Made by a program: the position numbers and the translations under genes. A stretch of 64,000 nt of DNA, taken from positions 48,918,001 to 48,982,000 of the forward strand of contig NC_086382.1 of the NCBI RefSeq assembly GCF_036588685.1, given 5' to 3'. This DNA is from Mytilus trossulus (lineage: Eukaryota). Of this stretch, positions 51,001-63,786 are shown one piece after another; position 1 is the stretch's first letter; each line of letters begins with the position of its first letter. The notes below the pieces were generated by a model, which made no database searches, was not told the DNA's origin, and saw nothing but the letters and a program-made list of their open reading frames with translations.

Positions 51001-54000
51001 GGACAGACGAACGAACAGACGAACGAACAGACAAACGAACAGACGGAGGCACGGACGTACAGACCAGAAAATATAATACCCCTCTACTATCATAGATGCA
51101 GCATAAAAACTAAATTTCGGCCTATATACTCAAACTTTACAAAAGGCAAGGACAACTATAAAAAACATTTTTAGTGTATGGATGATTGTAAGGTGTATAT
51201 GTATTTCCAGTTTGGTTTGTCTGAGCATGATCCGATTATCATGTACCATGTTCAGTTTATGTGATAGTTGTAGTAAAACTATATATTTAGGAGTATCAAC
51301 ATACTATCAGAGGTTAGTAAAGAAGGCGAGACATATCAGTGTCTGCACACTTCTTACCAAATATAGGATATAGTATAAAACTTGTCATCAACAAAACACA
51401 GAAAAAAAAACATGTACTCATGAAACATATCTTTTTTTATACTTGGATTATCTTTACATAATAGCTTGCTCTTCACTTGAACTTCTTATTGTTTGTACCT
51501 ACTATAGTGAACCCGAAAGTAGGAGAGCGTCTCCTCTTGAGGATCAAACTTTCGGCTGATTTATCTCCCAATAACTTGTAAATTGATAACTCTTTAATTG
51601 ATAATAGTGATTTTAAAACAATTTCCAATTTGCAATGTCATAACAGAAAGTAAACCTAGTATTGTTGGGTTGTCTTATAAAAATGTCTGTCTGTCAGAAG
51701 TGTTACTGATTATGAAATTTTGGAGAACTGTTCAACACAATGTTTTAATTTGAATAATATAACAGTTTTACGTGCACATCGTCAAAGAGATATCAACTCA
51801 GTGGCACAAACACAACTAGATCATTGTGAGTGATAACTTCCCTATGAAACAATACAATTAAAAAATATGAGAGGTCAATATGCCTATATTTCTAAATTAA
51901 AGTTAACCCTTAAGGTCTGGTCTAATTTGTATTTATGTTGTTTTAACATGAAAAATTCAAATGTAGTATATTTTATTAGATATGTTCAAAACAATTTCAA
52001 TCTTGCATTGAAAGAAAGAACCTTGTTTTTTTTAGTTATTTGTAACGGTAAAATTGTTAATTATTTCGAGCATGGCTTTGCATGTATAATCATTACTGTT
52101 GCAAAGTGATAACTAATATCAATGAAGGATAAAACATATCTAGATTTGTTAAGAACTATAATATCATTTTAAAATAAGATGATTACAACTACTGAGAAAA
52201 AATAATGATCAAAATAATGATATAGATATTAATTGACACAAATCGTAACCTCTGGTAGTTGATAATAAAATAACATGTCATAATCATCCTCTGAATTTTG
52301 TTTTGTATTATATCTACTAGTACTGATAACAATAAAGAAGTAATGACACAAACCGTGACTTCCGGTAGTTGATAGTTGGACCAGATTGGGTCATCGTCAG
52401 CTTCCAATACTCTCAATTTAACTTTTGCTTGGTACTCCTGATCCGATGCAGAATTTTCAGGGAGGTTGATGTCTAAAGTTTGCCACGCCCACTGTCGCCA
52501 TCCATCAAGTTCCAATCCACACATTGACGGTTTTGTCATTTCGGTGACAGAATTATTACAATACATTGGAGCACCAGCTGTAAATTGTTCATTAAAGTCG
52601 AATAAATCTAATTTGACTTTACAAGAGTACGTTGTGTCGTTATATCTACAAGCTATAGGAACGGTTGTCCATACATATAATGTTGCTGATTCTCCACTTG
52701 ATATTGACAGGTAATTCGGCCACATCTATTTAAAAGCATTTCACATATAAAGTTAAGAATATATTCAAATACAAAATGAAGTAAACAAAAATGTAAACGA
52801 TAATGTATTCATTTGTGATATATTTTTAAATACTGATTCTTAATTCCATTCTCTAATTCAATATTTCAACGAAAAAGGCCATAGGAACGCAGCAAATTAC
52901 AAAATTACTACTAAAGTTTCAAACCTGTATTTCCTACGATTGTTATGTCTCTTAAAGTTCTAAAATATATGATGAAATCAGAGACGGATAGGTCACTGCG
53001 CATTTTCTCAAGCTACAGGTCGTGACAAAATGACACATTTTGAATGAATTATACAGGAAAAGGCACCATTATGTTACAAGAAGCTAAACTAAATGATAGA
53101 ATTGATCAATAAAATACGAAAAGATGGCTTTTCTAAATTGCTTTAAGAATATCAAAATCTGCATTCCTGCATCAAATTTTGCTAACTTGATTGAAAATCT
53201 AGGCCTTAGATTCTCTGTTTTTTACAATCCAAGATGGAGTAAGACACCCATACCACCTTTAGCTCATCGAAATACGCATTTATATGTTTAAGACAACATC
53301 GCTCATTACAAAGTTTCATAATAGAATTTGAACAGATTTCCGTGGAGAAAAACTGCGTATATACTAATTTATGATGAACAGACGTGAGAAAATATGTATA
53401 CTACAGTAATCATTTTGGATCCTGAATTTGGGAAATCAGAAATTATTATTGACATATAGTTTTGGACTGGTTTAGCTCGAATCCGATTTTACCAAAAACT
53501 ATATGTACGATAAACCTTCTCTGTCAAAGTTGTAAATATCAACATGTTTATGATGTTTTAAAAACATCACAGTTAATATCCTTCTACTGAAAGTTTCAGA
53601 TTATTTCGTCCTATTCATTGATTAATTTATCTGAAAATATTTTGAATAGATTTAACTCTTTCCCTATGTGTACAATATTGGAGATAAGAAAGTTGCTATA
53701 AATTATCCGATTTTATTGGTTAAATAACAAAATTTGTAAATACATTCATTCCTAGGATAACATCAATTTCGCCACAATGAAAATGTAATGAAAATTCAAC
53801 TAGCTACTAAATTATTTAATAAATTAAAAGAAACAACAATGCGAATATAAGAATTGATTGGAAATGAGCAGCTATAAAGCAGCGACAAAGATGCCATTTT
53901 TTTCTGTCAGATAGAGGTCTCAGTTTTTTTTTTTTCTTCAAATTACAAAAATTAAAAATTCTCTGGTATTCTGTTCTTGTAGATATCTAAATTGAGAATG

Positions 54001-57000
54001 AACATGGGAATGTGTCAAAAAGAAAACAACCCTACCAAAGAGCAGACAACAAGGCAACCAATGGGTCTTCAACGCCGAGAGAAACTTCCGCACTAGAAAG
54101 CGTGCTTCAGCTGGCCTCTAACCAAAAACGTCATACTAAACTCCGAAATATACACAAAAAAACAAAAATAAAGAATCATACAAGACTAACAAAGACCAGA
54201 GGCTCCTGACTTTGGACAGGCGCAAAAATGATAAATGTATTCGAAAAAAATATAACATACATTAAGCTTTTTCATTTGTGATTTCTATGATGCTGGTTGT
54301 TCTTCACCTACTTATTTTGTTTGTTCTCCCCGTATTTTTTTTAACATACATTGATATTTGTACTTACATCTAAGCCAGCGTAGTAGTTCCAGCTCTCCAT
54401 AAAATCCTTGTTTGACGACAAATGAAATCTAATTCCACATTTGATCTATAAGTATTTTAAATCAAGATGACAGGTTTAAACAATATACTCGTTCCTTCTT
54501 ATAAATATTACAATAACGAATTTGATACCTTTGGATATCAACTTTAAATTGAAATATAGACCAAAATTCCACCACTTGAACATTTCGTCGTTGAACAGAA
54601 GTTAGTAAACAAGTATAAACAAGAATGTGTCCACAGTACACGGATGCCCCACTCGCACTATCTTTTTCTATGTTTACTGGACCGTGAAGTTGGAATAAAT
54701 TCTCTAATTTGGCATTAAAATTAGAATGATCTTATCAAAGGGAACATGTATACTAAGTTTCAAGTTGATTGGACTTCAACTTCATCAAAAACTACCTTGA
54801 CCAAAAACTTTAACCTGAAGTGTAACAGACGGACGAACGAATAGACGGACGGACGGACAGACGGACGAACGAACGGACGAACGGACGCACAGACCAGAAA
54901 ACATAATGCCCCTCTACTATCATAGGTGGGGCATAAAAATCCTAAATAAATTTATATTAATCATCTCAAATAGTAACACATGCATCCTTTATATTATTTA
55001 CTAAATTGATTGAATAAATTTTTTTGTGGTAACTCAAACGGTTCACTTAGTTCTTAAGAAATGTAACTAAACCACTCAGAATTTTAGCTATTGAAGTATA
55101 TTCAAAAATGATTTTGCTAAGTATTTTGTGTTTTATTTCATTCAAAGGGAATAATTACTTAATTAACTAAATAATTCAATTGACAAAGCACAAACTTTCT
55201 TTTCAAATAAATACTCAAATAAGAGTGTTTTGGGCAATATATATATTGGTTGTAATATTTCCAAGGGTATATAATTATTTTGTCTATGCTAAACGAGATG
55301 ATATTCAAAATTCGTCTTTTTTGCCTGTCTACTGTTCTCCTTACACTTATTACAATATAGAGTGGTCATTGTTACTGAACAATACGCAATTCGTAGGATA
55401 AACAAAGAATTGATTCGGCTATGGATAAAGGAAGATGTGAGTGCCAATGAGACAACTTTCAATTCAAATAACAATTTATAAAAGTAAACCGTTATAGTTC
55501 AATGTACGGCCTTCAACACGGAGCCTTGGCTCACTCCGAACAACAAACAATAAAGGGCCCCAAAATTACTAGTGTAAAACCATTCAAACGGGAAAACGAA
55601 CCGTCTTATCTATATATAAAACGAGAATCGAGAAACACGTATCAATTACATAAACAAACGACAACTTCTGTACATCAGATTCCTGACTTAGGACAGGTGC
55701 AAACATTTGCAGTATAATTTGTTTATCTTGTTTTCTGCGTGCGTTATGTGAGATAGAAATTCAACATTTATTGCTTAAAAGGCAGATGTGGTAAATTATA
55801 ATTCTTTTTAGAACAATGAATTTGACTTGTTCTGTAAATGTAGTCTAAAGATAAATTAATAACCACTATTTAAATTTCTTTTTTTCAAATTTACACAAAC
55901 ACTTATTTGATTAACCTTCAAAATAGACAATGGTCGAGTTCCTGTAACTTTTCATACAAAGAAAGATTAAAAGAGTAGTTATTATTGATAAACGACATGT
56001 TTGTTATTAAATGTTTTTTTGACAAACTTCAAACTTTCATAATATTAAAGGTACAAATTTAACTGCATCAAATATTGCATATATCAACAATAAATGTCAC
56101 TTCAAGTTTACATCCCCATATATAGTATTAACAGGACTACAATACAAACAAATGGGAAAACATATAGGACAGAGAAACACACCAAGTTTAAAATTTAACA
56201 CACCAGACGTGCGCCTCGTCCACACATGACTAACTAATGACGCTGAGATGAAAAAGTTGGAAAGCCAAAACAAGTACAAATTTGAAGAGCACTAACAAAG
56301 TTCCAAAAAGCCGTGCTTAATATGGCCGAGGGTTTCTGCCTAGGACAAGAACATCCTTATTCATGTTATTATTTAGAATAATTCACACTTTTGCAAACAG
56401 TAAATTTATAAAATGGTTATAAAATAGATATACATAATAACACCGAAGGGGTGCCTTATTACAGAATAAAAACGGATATATTTTTTAATTACATAAAACA
56501 ACCTAATCCAGCACATAAAAATATACAGTCAAGTTAGCCAAAGCATCAAAGCACAAAGTAACGTCACATTTAATTGTAAAAAACCACACAAAGTGACGTC
56601 ACATTTAAATTTCTAAAAATATGAAAAAATTTATGAATCATTTGAATATTAATTTTATGAAAATTTAGAACTCACATTGATTCCTATTTTTTTCTCTCGA
56701 TGCATCCAATCGGTACTCTTTAATCTGCCCTCGGTTTCAATCTTGTCGTATGCAATATCTGTCTTTGTAAGGAATTCTTCATTGTCAATGTACCATTGGA
56801 TATCATACGTCATTGAATTTAAGAGAGAATCATAACTGTTATAGTAATAGTACCCAGAATAGACATAGCATTCAAACATCAACTGGTGATCTTCTGAGTT
56901 CAAATCGTACGTTGGAATTGTAGGACTTGCATAAAGCCAGTAAATGTAGTCTGTTATATTCAAATCAACTGTGGAAATTCAAATAAAACCAACCATTTAC

Positions 57001-60000
57001 AACGTGTACAATAAGTCGACAACAAAATGTGAATTAACGTAGTTTGTATTTAAAGATAATTCTATCCTAACGAGTTGACAGATTGTTATTGTTTTGTAAT
57101 TTTAAGATATTTAAACAACATTTATGCCACAGTCTTGTTTGTACCTTTTTCATCAGTAGTTTGAACAACAAAAATATGTATGCTATCTTAAGGATTGTGC
57201 GTTATTGTAACTAACAATGAACACCAACGATTTCCTAGAACGAAAGAAAAAAAGGAAAACAAAAAATACTGAATCGTTATGTTGTTAACTTTTACTATGA
57301 TCTCTGTTTTTTTTTAGATTATAAGAATCTTTTATGTTTTACAAGTCCTTTGAGTTTATGAAGTTGAGTAGAAAGAGAATAAATAATGTCAAGGTTCTAC
57401 GTTATATACCTTGCTACAAAAAAGCAAGTAATCAAGGTTTTTACACTTTGAGTATATTGTAGCTGAGAAACATCATTGCGTTAGAAAAAAACATCGATAA
57501 TTTATAATTCTGTAGATTTTGTTCATTTGTTCATTACTAGTATCTGATTACTTTCACAACTATTTAAACTATCTATTCATATTGGATTTTTGTTTTAACA
57601 AATAGGGGCTTCGGTGTCTTAGTGTTCTAAGTAGTCGAACTACTATATCACTACCCTGTCGACACCGACACGAATCCAGCACGGGACAGGCGAGTTTGTC
57701 TCCAGGACTGATTAGGGTTATTAGTTCTCCTAACCGAACTTGGAGCTTCTCCACAGACACTACGGCTTTCTCCACAAATAAAACATAACCACCACAAAAT
57801 TGCGAAACTTAGGTCAATGTGGAGCAGGATCTGCTTACCCTTCCGGAGCACCTGAGATCGCTCCTAGTTTTTGGTTGGGTTCGTGTTGTTTATTCGTTTG
57901 GTTTCTATGTTGTGTCATGTGAACTATTGTTTGTCTGTTTGTCTTTTTCGTTTTTAGCCATGGCGTTGTCAGTTTGTTTTATATTTATGAGTTTGACTGT
58001 CCCTTTGGTATCTTTCGTCCCTTTTTTTAAACGAGAATCAATCAATCGATCAAAGTATTTATTAATCATAGTTATAGTGTTGCACCGCTTTTTTTTCTGT
58101 GTATCTATACCTTAAACGAATAAAATACAAATACCATAAATATTTTCGGTAGAAGTCATCAGGGATGTGTCTGTAGAAGATGCTTCCTGCCAATAAAAAC
58201 TCTGTGTTGTCTTTATATCTGATACTTGGGTTTCTAAACTGGTACTAGTTCCCTGAAATATTGACTGATGATGATCAGATACTTCTGAGGGCGCGAAACT
58301 GGCATAGGAAGTTATAGTTTCAAACAAAGAATTTGCTTCATTGTTTGTTGAGGAATCCGTGGTATATAAATATATAGTTGTACTCATTCTATCCAAAGGC
58401 TCCTGTGAGCTAAAAGTAATGGCCGGAGATGATGGATTTACAGTAGTATGCATTGTGTTCCCGCTATCTACTGCCGATGATTTACTGTCATCAGAGAAAG
58501 ATATGATGAAAGTATTCAAATTCTCTGAACTTGATATTTTTGTACTGTCTATTGGGTCAAAATTAAACGAGGATGACAATGTCTTAATAGTTGTCTCTAT
58601 GTTATCCCAATTCTCATGATAGGAAGACGAACTGCTTGTTATATCAAAACCATTATCCATTCTCGAAGACGACGAAACTAAAACGGTATCCAGGTAATTT
58701 ACGATGTTCGAAGTGGAATACAAATTATGTGTCAAATATGAAGAAGCCGAAATTGTGGTCATATCATATTCATTTCGAGAAATCAATTCCGAGGACATAA
58801 CCGTATCTACTGATTTCCAAGTCCCGGACGAATGTGACTGTATAATTGTCTCCTTTCTATTCCAGTTTTCCATACTAGATGTCAAACTGTCGGTAATGTC
58901 ACCGATACTCGTGTAAATGTCTTCGGTGGACGAACTTATATCCATATGTACTATATTCCAATTCTCAGATGTCGATAGACTATTTGTATTGTCTGCAGAC
59001 GATTCCAATAATGTGGAGGATGGGTCTATAGAAATTTCAATCTTGCTCAAATTATCCGATAATGTGACATCGAATGATGATGATGTATGAATTTCGGTTG
59101 TTGTCATACTGGAATATATGTCTTTTTCTGTTTCTATACAAATGATAAATTGTTTAATGATAATATCTGTTGACTAAATTATCTAGTTCTTAAAATTGCA
59201 TAACACTTTATTCATATATAATACAACAATCACAAAGACTAATTCAGTCGTGGCTGTGTGTTTATTTATCAAGCTCTATCTATTGACGACGATAGATAAA
59301 ACATATTACATCATTCTTGAAGTAGTAGTTTACTGGTTTTATTTTGATAACATTTTAGCTAATTGAAGCAAAAATACAAATGAAAAAAAGTGTATCAATA
59401 ATAAAATTGAGAATGGAAATTGGGGATATGTCAATGGGTCTTTGATGTAGCGAAAACATCCCGCACCTGGATGTTAGCCTCATCTTTACCCTTCCTAAAA
59501 ATGTGTACTATGTCAGTGACAATACGTCATACTAAACTCTAAAATATAATAATGTACAAGAATTAAAAAAACATACAAGACTAACAAAGGCCAGAGGCTC
59601 CCAACTTGGGACAGTGGCATAAGTGCTGCGGCGTTTAACATGTTTTGTAAGATCTCAATTCTCCACCATACCTCTAGCCAGTAAAGAAACACAAATAGTA
59701 CGCACAGCGAGCAAAGCTCATCGTCAAAGAAGTCCGAGTCCGATGTAAATATATATTACAAAAGAAACAATGTAAAACGACCATGATAAACGCATTAACA
59801 AAGAACTACTAGCAGTTACGGACATGCAAGCTTCAGACCTCAATTAAACTTTAAATTCAAAGATATGCATTATCATATGAAAATCAAGCACAATCCCACC
59901 CGTTAGGGGTTAAGTATCGTACCATTCTATAATATATGAGAAGTATTTAACCCGAATCATGCCACATACTGGTTTTAGAATAAAGGTGTTCATTTCCGTT

Positions 60001-63000
60001 GCAAAGACCATATGAGTGAATCAATATTTATATCAAGACATGCCATCCTTAACGACCTGACAACTGTATCGTAACTTCAGATCTATATATTCCATCTAAA
60101 TAGGTCTGTTCAAAGTTTTTTTTAGCATTTGGTTGGAATGCCGACACTGGTGTGCTTCAAAAAGAATATTGCCATAAAAGATTGGACGTGCATAACCTGA
60201 ACATGTCTGCATGTTGATTTATATTTACATAAACCAGGACAAAGAATTTTCTTTTTTCTTCTGGTTTTTTTTGTAAAAAAAATCTAGTTATTTTAACACA
60301 GTTAGGAAACATCATTAAAGCGGTAAAAAGCAGCGAAAACAATATTAGGAAATGTCATGTTCTAAATGAACTTTTTGTACCTAATTCATTGAGTTGAAAG
60401 GGGAAAGAGTAGTTTTCTCAAAAAAACATTTTCAAACAAGTCTTTATTCATGCTTCTTGTGGGTGATTTTCTTTCGGCAAACTTTGATCCCTTCAGAATT
60501 GCTTGTGTCAAATTTATTCTCAATTGTTCTCAACTGTTGATATTTAAAATATATTAATGTAATTACCTAAGCAATATCTTCCACACATTATAGGCTTGAG
60601 ATACATTATATCATATCCTCCACATTTCATCACTGGTACACTCACACTGTTGGCACAATCCGAGTCCAAGTGAGCTTCGCAAGCCCTCACATATTTTATC
60701 TCTTTGTCAACTGTAGGCAGTGACCCTATAATTATCAAATATGGCTTTATTTAAATAAGATTTGTTTAATACATCTAGAAATTATAATTTAATCGATTGA
60801 ATATAGCATTCAATCACCTGGACATAATTCCATATATGAATTAGTAAACGAATATATCATTTTATGAAAAATATACAATATATCAAAAAAAAAAAGATGT
60901 GGTATGATTGCCAATGAGACAACTATCCACAAAAAACCATAATGATACAGACATTCACAACTATAGGTGACCGTACGGCCTTTAACAATGAACAAAGCCC
61001 ATACCGCAAAGTCAATATATAGACGGCCTTCAAAAGTGGTTCTCGTTTTTTGATGTCGTTTGCTGATGTGTTACAGATTTGTTTTTTCGTTAATTTATTT
61101 AACATAAATTATGTCGTTGGTGTTTTTGTTTGAATTGTTTCACGTTTGTCATTTCGGGGTCTTTTATAGTTGACTATGAGCTATGGTCATTACTTAAGGC
61201 TGTGCGATGACTATAGATGTCAATTTCTGTGTCATTTTGTCACTTGTGAAAAATTGATTCCTTGGCAATCATACCATATCTTCTTTTTGATTTACAGTAT
61301 GTTCAGGAATATGATACAAAGTAATACTGCAATCAAGTAAAACATTTCTTCCCTTCATTATATAAATGGCAAATCTGAAAATTCAAAAGTCAAAGAGTAT
61401 GCTTCCTTTTTCAATCCTCAAAAATGTATACCCACTGTGCATAAAAAACAAACAAAGATGTAATGAGCTACGCAGATGTTTATTAGTATGTATGCTTATT
61501 TATTGTGCAATTTTATAACTGTTTACCTTTGCTATACAAAAAAAAGAAGATATAATGAGTTGTCTTAGGTTGATTGAAATACTGCATACTAAGTTTGTGT
61601 CAATGTATACATATATTTTTTGCCAGCATTTTTATTTATTACATTTCACTTCTGAGTTTAAGTGAATAAATGCCGAAAGGGGTAACAATTTTTTGCTGTT
61701 TATACTAACCGTTCATCCAGATTGGATTATTTGTTCCACACTGTCCTGGCAAAACAGGTGAGTTTGCCAAAGTATAACTGCCTTCGAATCTATACCATCC
61801 ATAGTTGAAATACATTGACTCACATTCGTTAGAGATATGACTAGAGTCATTGTAGTCTGCATGTCGAGTTGGGTCATATAAGATGACACTGTAGTTCAAA
61901 CAAGGATCTAAAGTGGAATCTACAAAAGAGTTCAACTATTCCTTTAACTTTCCAAGAGTGAGATGTTAAAATCCTATCATTGAATTAGAACATAGTCGGG
62001 ATACATCAGTTATGATTAAAATGCAAACTTAATATCAGTTATTGTCCTCCCTCGCAATGTGATCAATATCGGAAAATAATTACTTTTCAAAGAAGATAAC
62101 TTTCTTTTTTTATAAGAAATTATGGATGTTTAGAATGCGGTACTTATTACTATAATTGCCAATATAAATGCATCTGACATTTATCAATCTACTTCTCTTT
62201 TTTTGTTTATCTCATTTTAAAATTATTCATTGATCAGACAAAAAATATATATGCAAGTAAAAGTATATTATATAAGTTAATTGGTGGATATTCAATTATA
62301 AAAAAAACCAACAAAAAGTAACATGCTCACCCATACAATATCTGCCACAGTTCGTCATGTCATATTCAGGTTTCAAATGAGCAACGTTGTATCCATCACA
62401 ATGCATTACAGTAACATTCTTACTGTTTTCACATTCGGTACCATTTCCTACCGTGCATGCTGTCAGTGTGGCTATTTCACCATATGTTGCCGGGTACATA
62501 CCTGAAAAGCAACATATTAACATATAGTAGCAATTGTAGAATTTGAATTTGAAAGTAATTAGTTTATTTAAAACGCGTCAGTAACATTAAATATGTTCAA
62601 GATTTCCTTTCCATTCAAACCAAAATATAAGAATAAATATTTATTCACCGTCCAGCCATATAGGAGAAGATGAACCACACTGTCCTGGCTTAGGAGGATG
62701 AGTTGATATGCTCTCGTTTCCACTAAATTTGTACCATCCTTCCGTGTGGATATCCATGTCGTAACAGTCTTCATATTCTCCACTTTGCAGTGTATAATTA
62801 ACAGTCCTTTCAAATTTACTGGTTATTATATTGTGCCAGTGACAAGGCTCATCCCATACAACCGAAGGTGTGGTAGAAACATCAGATGAATTTCTAGCTT
62901 CTGCAAACAATCAAAAATAAAATGTTTTCATTGTTAATTCCAAAAACTGTTTGAACAAATATCGCGCCAGTATATATCGCAAATATCATCTTGCACCGTC

Positions 63001-63658
63001 AATGTGTGTTCTTTTTGTGTGTTTTTAAATTATATTCGACTTTTTCGTTTTCTTCAAAGGAAGTCAAGATTCATTTATATTTTTAAAACAGTCAAATAAT
63101 CTCATTGTTTTATATCAGTGAAAAATTAAATTGACCATAGTTAAAAAAGGGATATTCTACTTCCGAGAATTGCATGCAAAATGAGTTTTTTTTAATTATT
63201 TTTTATTCTTAATGTGAACGAACCTAGATGTTAGTTAAACTTAAGTGCAACATCATCCAACACACATGTTTGTTGCATTATGCATGCATAAACAAATACG
63301 GACATTTTTTTTATCAAAGAAGATGATATGGTTATGTTGTACATAAGGAATAAGTTACGACAAAATGCTTGTGTATATAACCGACTATATTAACCTTGAT
63401 AAATATGATAAAGAATGGTCGACAAAAGAAATTTTACATTTTAACTTTCATTAAATAATTATAATGTTATGTCTGAAGTTGTTTATAAACGCCAACCTAG
63501 ACAATATCGTCCACACATTCCCTTCTGTCTAAGATACATAATATTCCGACTTCCACATTTCATCGTGGGTATGCTCCATGTGTAGTCACATTCGCCCGAA
63601 TAACCTTCACATGCTCTAAGATATACCAGATCTGTGTCAACTGTTTGTTCTATCGTTT
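36004..63658 (-). CDS. VWDE-like (von Willebrand factor D and EGF domain) type I membrane protein with N-terminal UMOD/GP2/OIT3-like D8C repeats and Ser/Thr mucin region; 5'-partial, >=1548 aa
   Basis: Minus-strand exons 63497-63658, 62649-62900, 62331-62501, 61710-61919, 60567-60725, 58135-59133, 56676-56968, 54368-54445, 52354-52725, 49599-49696, 48490-48553, 45423-45614, 45011-45210, 42326-42596, 41749-41898, 40251-40446, 39020-39213, 38292-38555, 37297-37472, 36004-36151. Splice sites are canonical and the frame is continuous. D8C motifs DPC..GWYRF..CGTNNPIWMNG..CGRYC. VWD motifs CFTGTDPWFSTFD..QGEFVLY..TEGLCGTWN. EGF CPFEC..GDC..CNCYSGFTGEDC. VWDE-type VSVTNNGVEFS..FDSTCNTC. TM segment LWIIGIVVSVLLVLIIFILVI. 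The start codon lies beyond the window. Confidence 0.88.
39707..39940 (+). repeat. Dispersed repeat family C (GGAGCAGGATCTGCTTACCCTTCCGGAGCACCTG...GGTATCTTTCGTCCCTCTTT)
   Basis: Copies at 37835-38030, 45810-45950, 47740-47910, 57818-58028 and 25480-25570 (+), and at 24090-24230, 26990-27090 and 42950-43000 (-). Confidence 0.85.
40974..41017 (+). ncRNA. Hammerhead ribozyme remnant (G12A) in repeat unit ~40860-41390
   Basis: GCGTCA-CTGATGA-GTCT(TATAT)AGAC-AAAA-CGCGAG-TC-TGGCGT. The GAAA box is mutated. Confidence 0.7.
41034..41364 (+). mobile_element. 5'-truncated SINE-like insertion (Meta-SINE-like by inference) with a nested family D copy
   Basis: 9-bp TSD TATAAGCCT (41025-41033 and 41365-41373). 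It interrupts the hammerhead repeat, which resumes with GTTACCTTTGATAACTA. Confidence 0.65.
42218..42256 (+). ncRNA. Degenerate hammerhead ribozyme remnant
   Basis: CTGATGA-GTCTA(ACG)TAGAC-AAAA-CGTGCG-AC. The GAAA box and cleavage site are mutated. Confidence 0.55.
43412..43660. mobile_element. Hairpin-ended non-autonomous element (same architecture as 27093-27596)
   Basis: Imperfect hairpin CTATGAAGAAATAACA...TGTGGT / ACCACA...TGTTATTTCGAATAG (43412-43510), then the short IR AATTAAATTTTA / TAAAATTGAATT. Confidence 0.5.
43997..44870 (+). repeat. Long copy of dispersed repeat family A (AAGATGTGGTATGATTGCCAATGAGACAACT...)
   Basis: The family head recurs at 4116-4285, 9625-9755, 21820-21915, 31085-31325, 37060-37140, 43115-43380, 49233-49476 and 61045-61290 (-), and at 34935-35000, 47172-47411, 55432-55710 and 60895-61030 (+). 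Confidence 0.85.
46265..46575. mobile_element. AT-rich foldback MITE
   Basis: About 80-bp imperfect inverted arms at 46265-46344 and 46496-46575, with internal direct repeats GCGCACAAC. Confidence 0.65.
47172..47411 (+). repeat. Family A copy (inverted partner of 49233-49476)
   Basis: Near-identical to the reverse complement of 49233-49476. Both copies stop at AACCACT. Confidence 0.9.
48983..49190. mobile_element. Tc1/mariner-type MITE
   Basis: TA|CTGTGGATTCATT...AATGAATCCACAG|TA. Extended inverted repeat ACCAATTTTCGTGGAT. Confidence 0.85.
49233..49476 (-). repeat. Family A copy
   Basis: See 47172-47411. Confidence 0.9.
50447..51109 (+). mobile_element. pearl/Helentron-associated (HINE-like) element with three ~168-bp core repeats and an (ACGG/ACGA/ACAG)n microsatellite
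   Basis: Head AACAAGAATGTGTCC...GGATGCCCCA. Core units marked by GTTCA(A/G)TGGA at 50501, 50667 and 50836. Tetranucleotide array at about 50990-51062. Tail GCATAAAAA. Confidence 0.8.
54618..54939 (+). mobile_element. Second copy of the pearl/HINE-like element, with a single core unit
   Basis: Same head. SubTIR ATGCCCCA/TGGGGCAT. (ACGG/ACGA)n array at about 54826-54892. Confidence 0.85.
56195..56450 (-). repeat. Degenerate hammerhead-family repeat unit
   Basis: The reverse complement reads GCGTCA-TTAGTTA-GTC...GAC-GAGG-CGCACG-TC-TGGTGT, plus the upstream TGCTCTTCAA...GTACTTG block seen in the 18933 and 19995 units. Confidence 0.6.
57605..57815 (+). mobile_element. Degenerate tRNA-derived SINE (V-domain-like by inference)
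   Basis: GC-richer island beginning GGGGCTTCGGTG...AGTGTTCTAAG (A-box-like) and CGAATCC (B-box-like). CTTCTCCACAGACACTACGGCTTTCTCC resembles the V-domain core. Confidence 0.45.
57818..58028 (+). repeat. Dispersed repeat family C
   Basis: Near-identical to 39728-39940. Confidence 0.85.
59403..60160 (+). repeat. Long, diverged copy of family B
   Basis: Head AAATTGAGAATGGAAAT, colinear with 13493-13885, then extending further. Confidence 0.7.
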
Positions 63659-63786
63659 CTGTAATAACAAAACAAATATAATCACAATTAAAAACCAATT
63701 GTTCAGAGAACAATTGAAGGTCTTTCCATCGAAACAATGTATTTTGATATGAAAAGTTGTGAAACTAAGTTTGAAATGTCATTTCA

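Noticed and set aside
50990-51062. Short repeats as a CRISPR-like array
   Set aside because: A tetranucleotide microsatellite within a eukaryotic element. No spacers or cas genes.
57819-58115. Recurring ORFs such as MEQDLLTLPEHLRS... (also 39664-39960, 45766-45963, 24069-24371)
   Set aside because: They are translations of repeat family C. Frames and ends differ between copies and there is no splice context.
58341-58916. Plus-strand ORFs overlapping the Ser/Thr exon (also 52466-52714, 62323-62505, 7923-8572)
   Set aside because: Antisense or alternate-frame shadows of real coding sequence.
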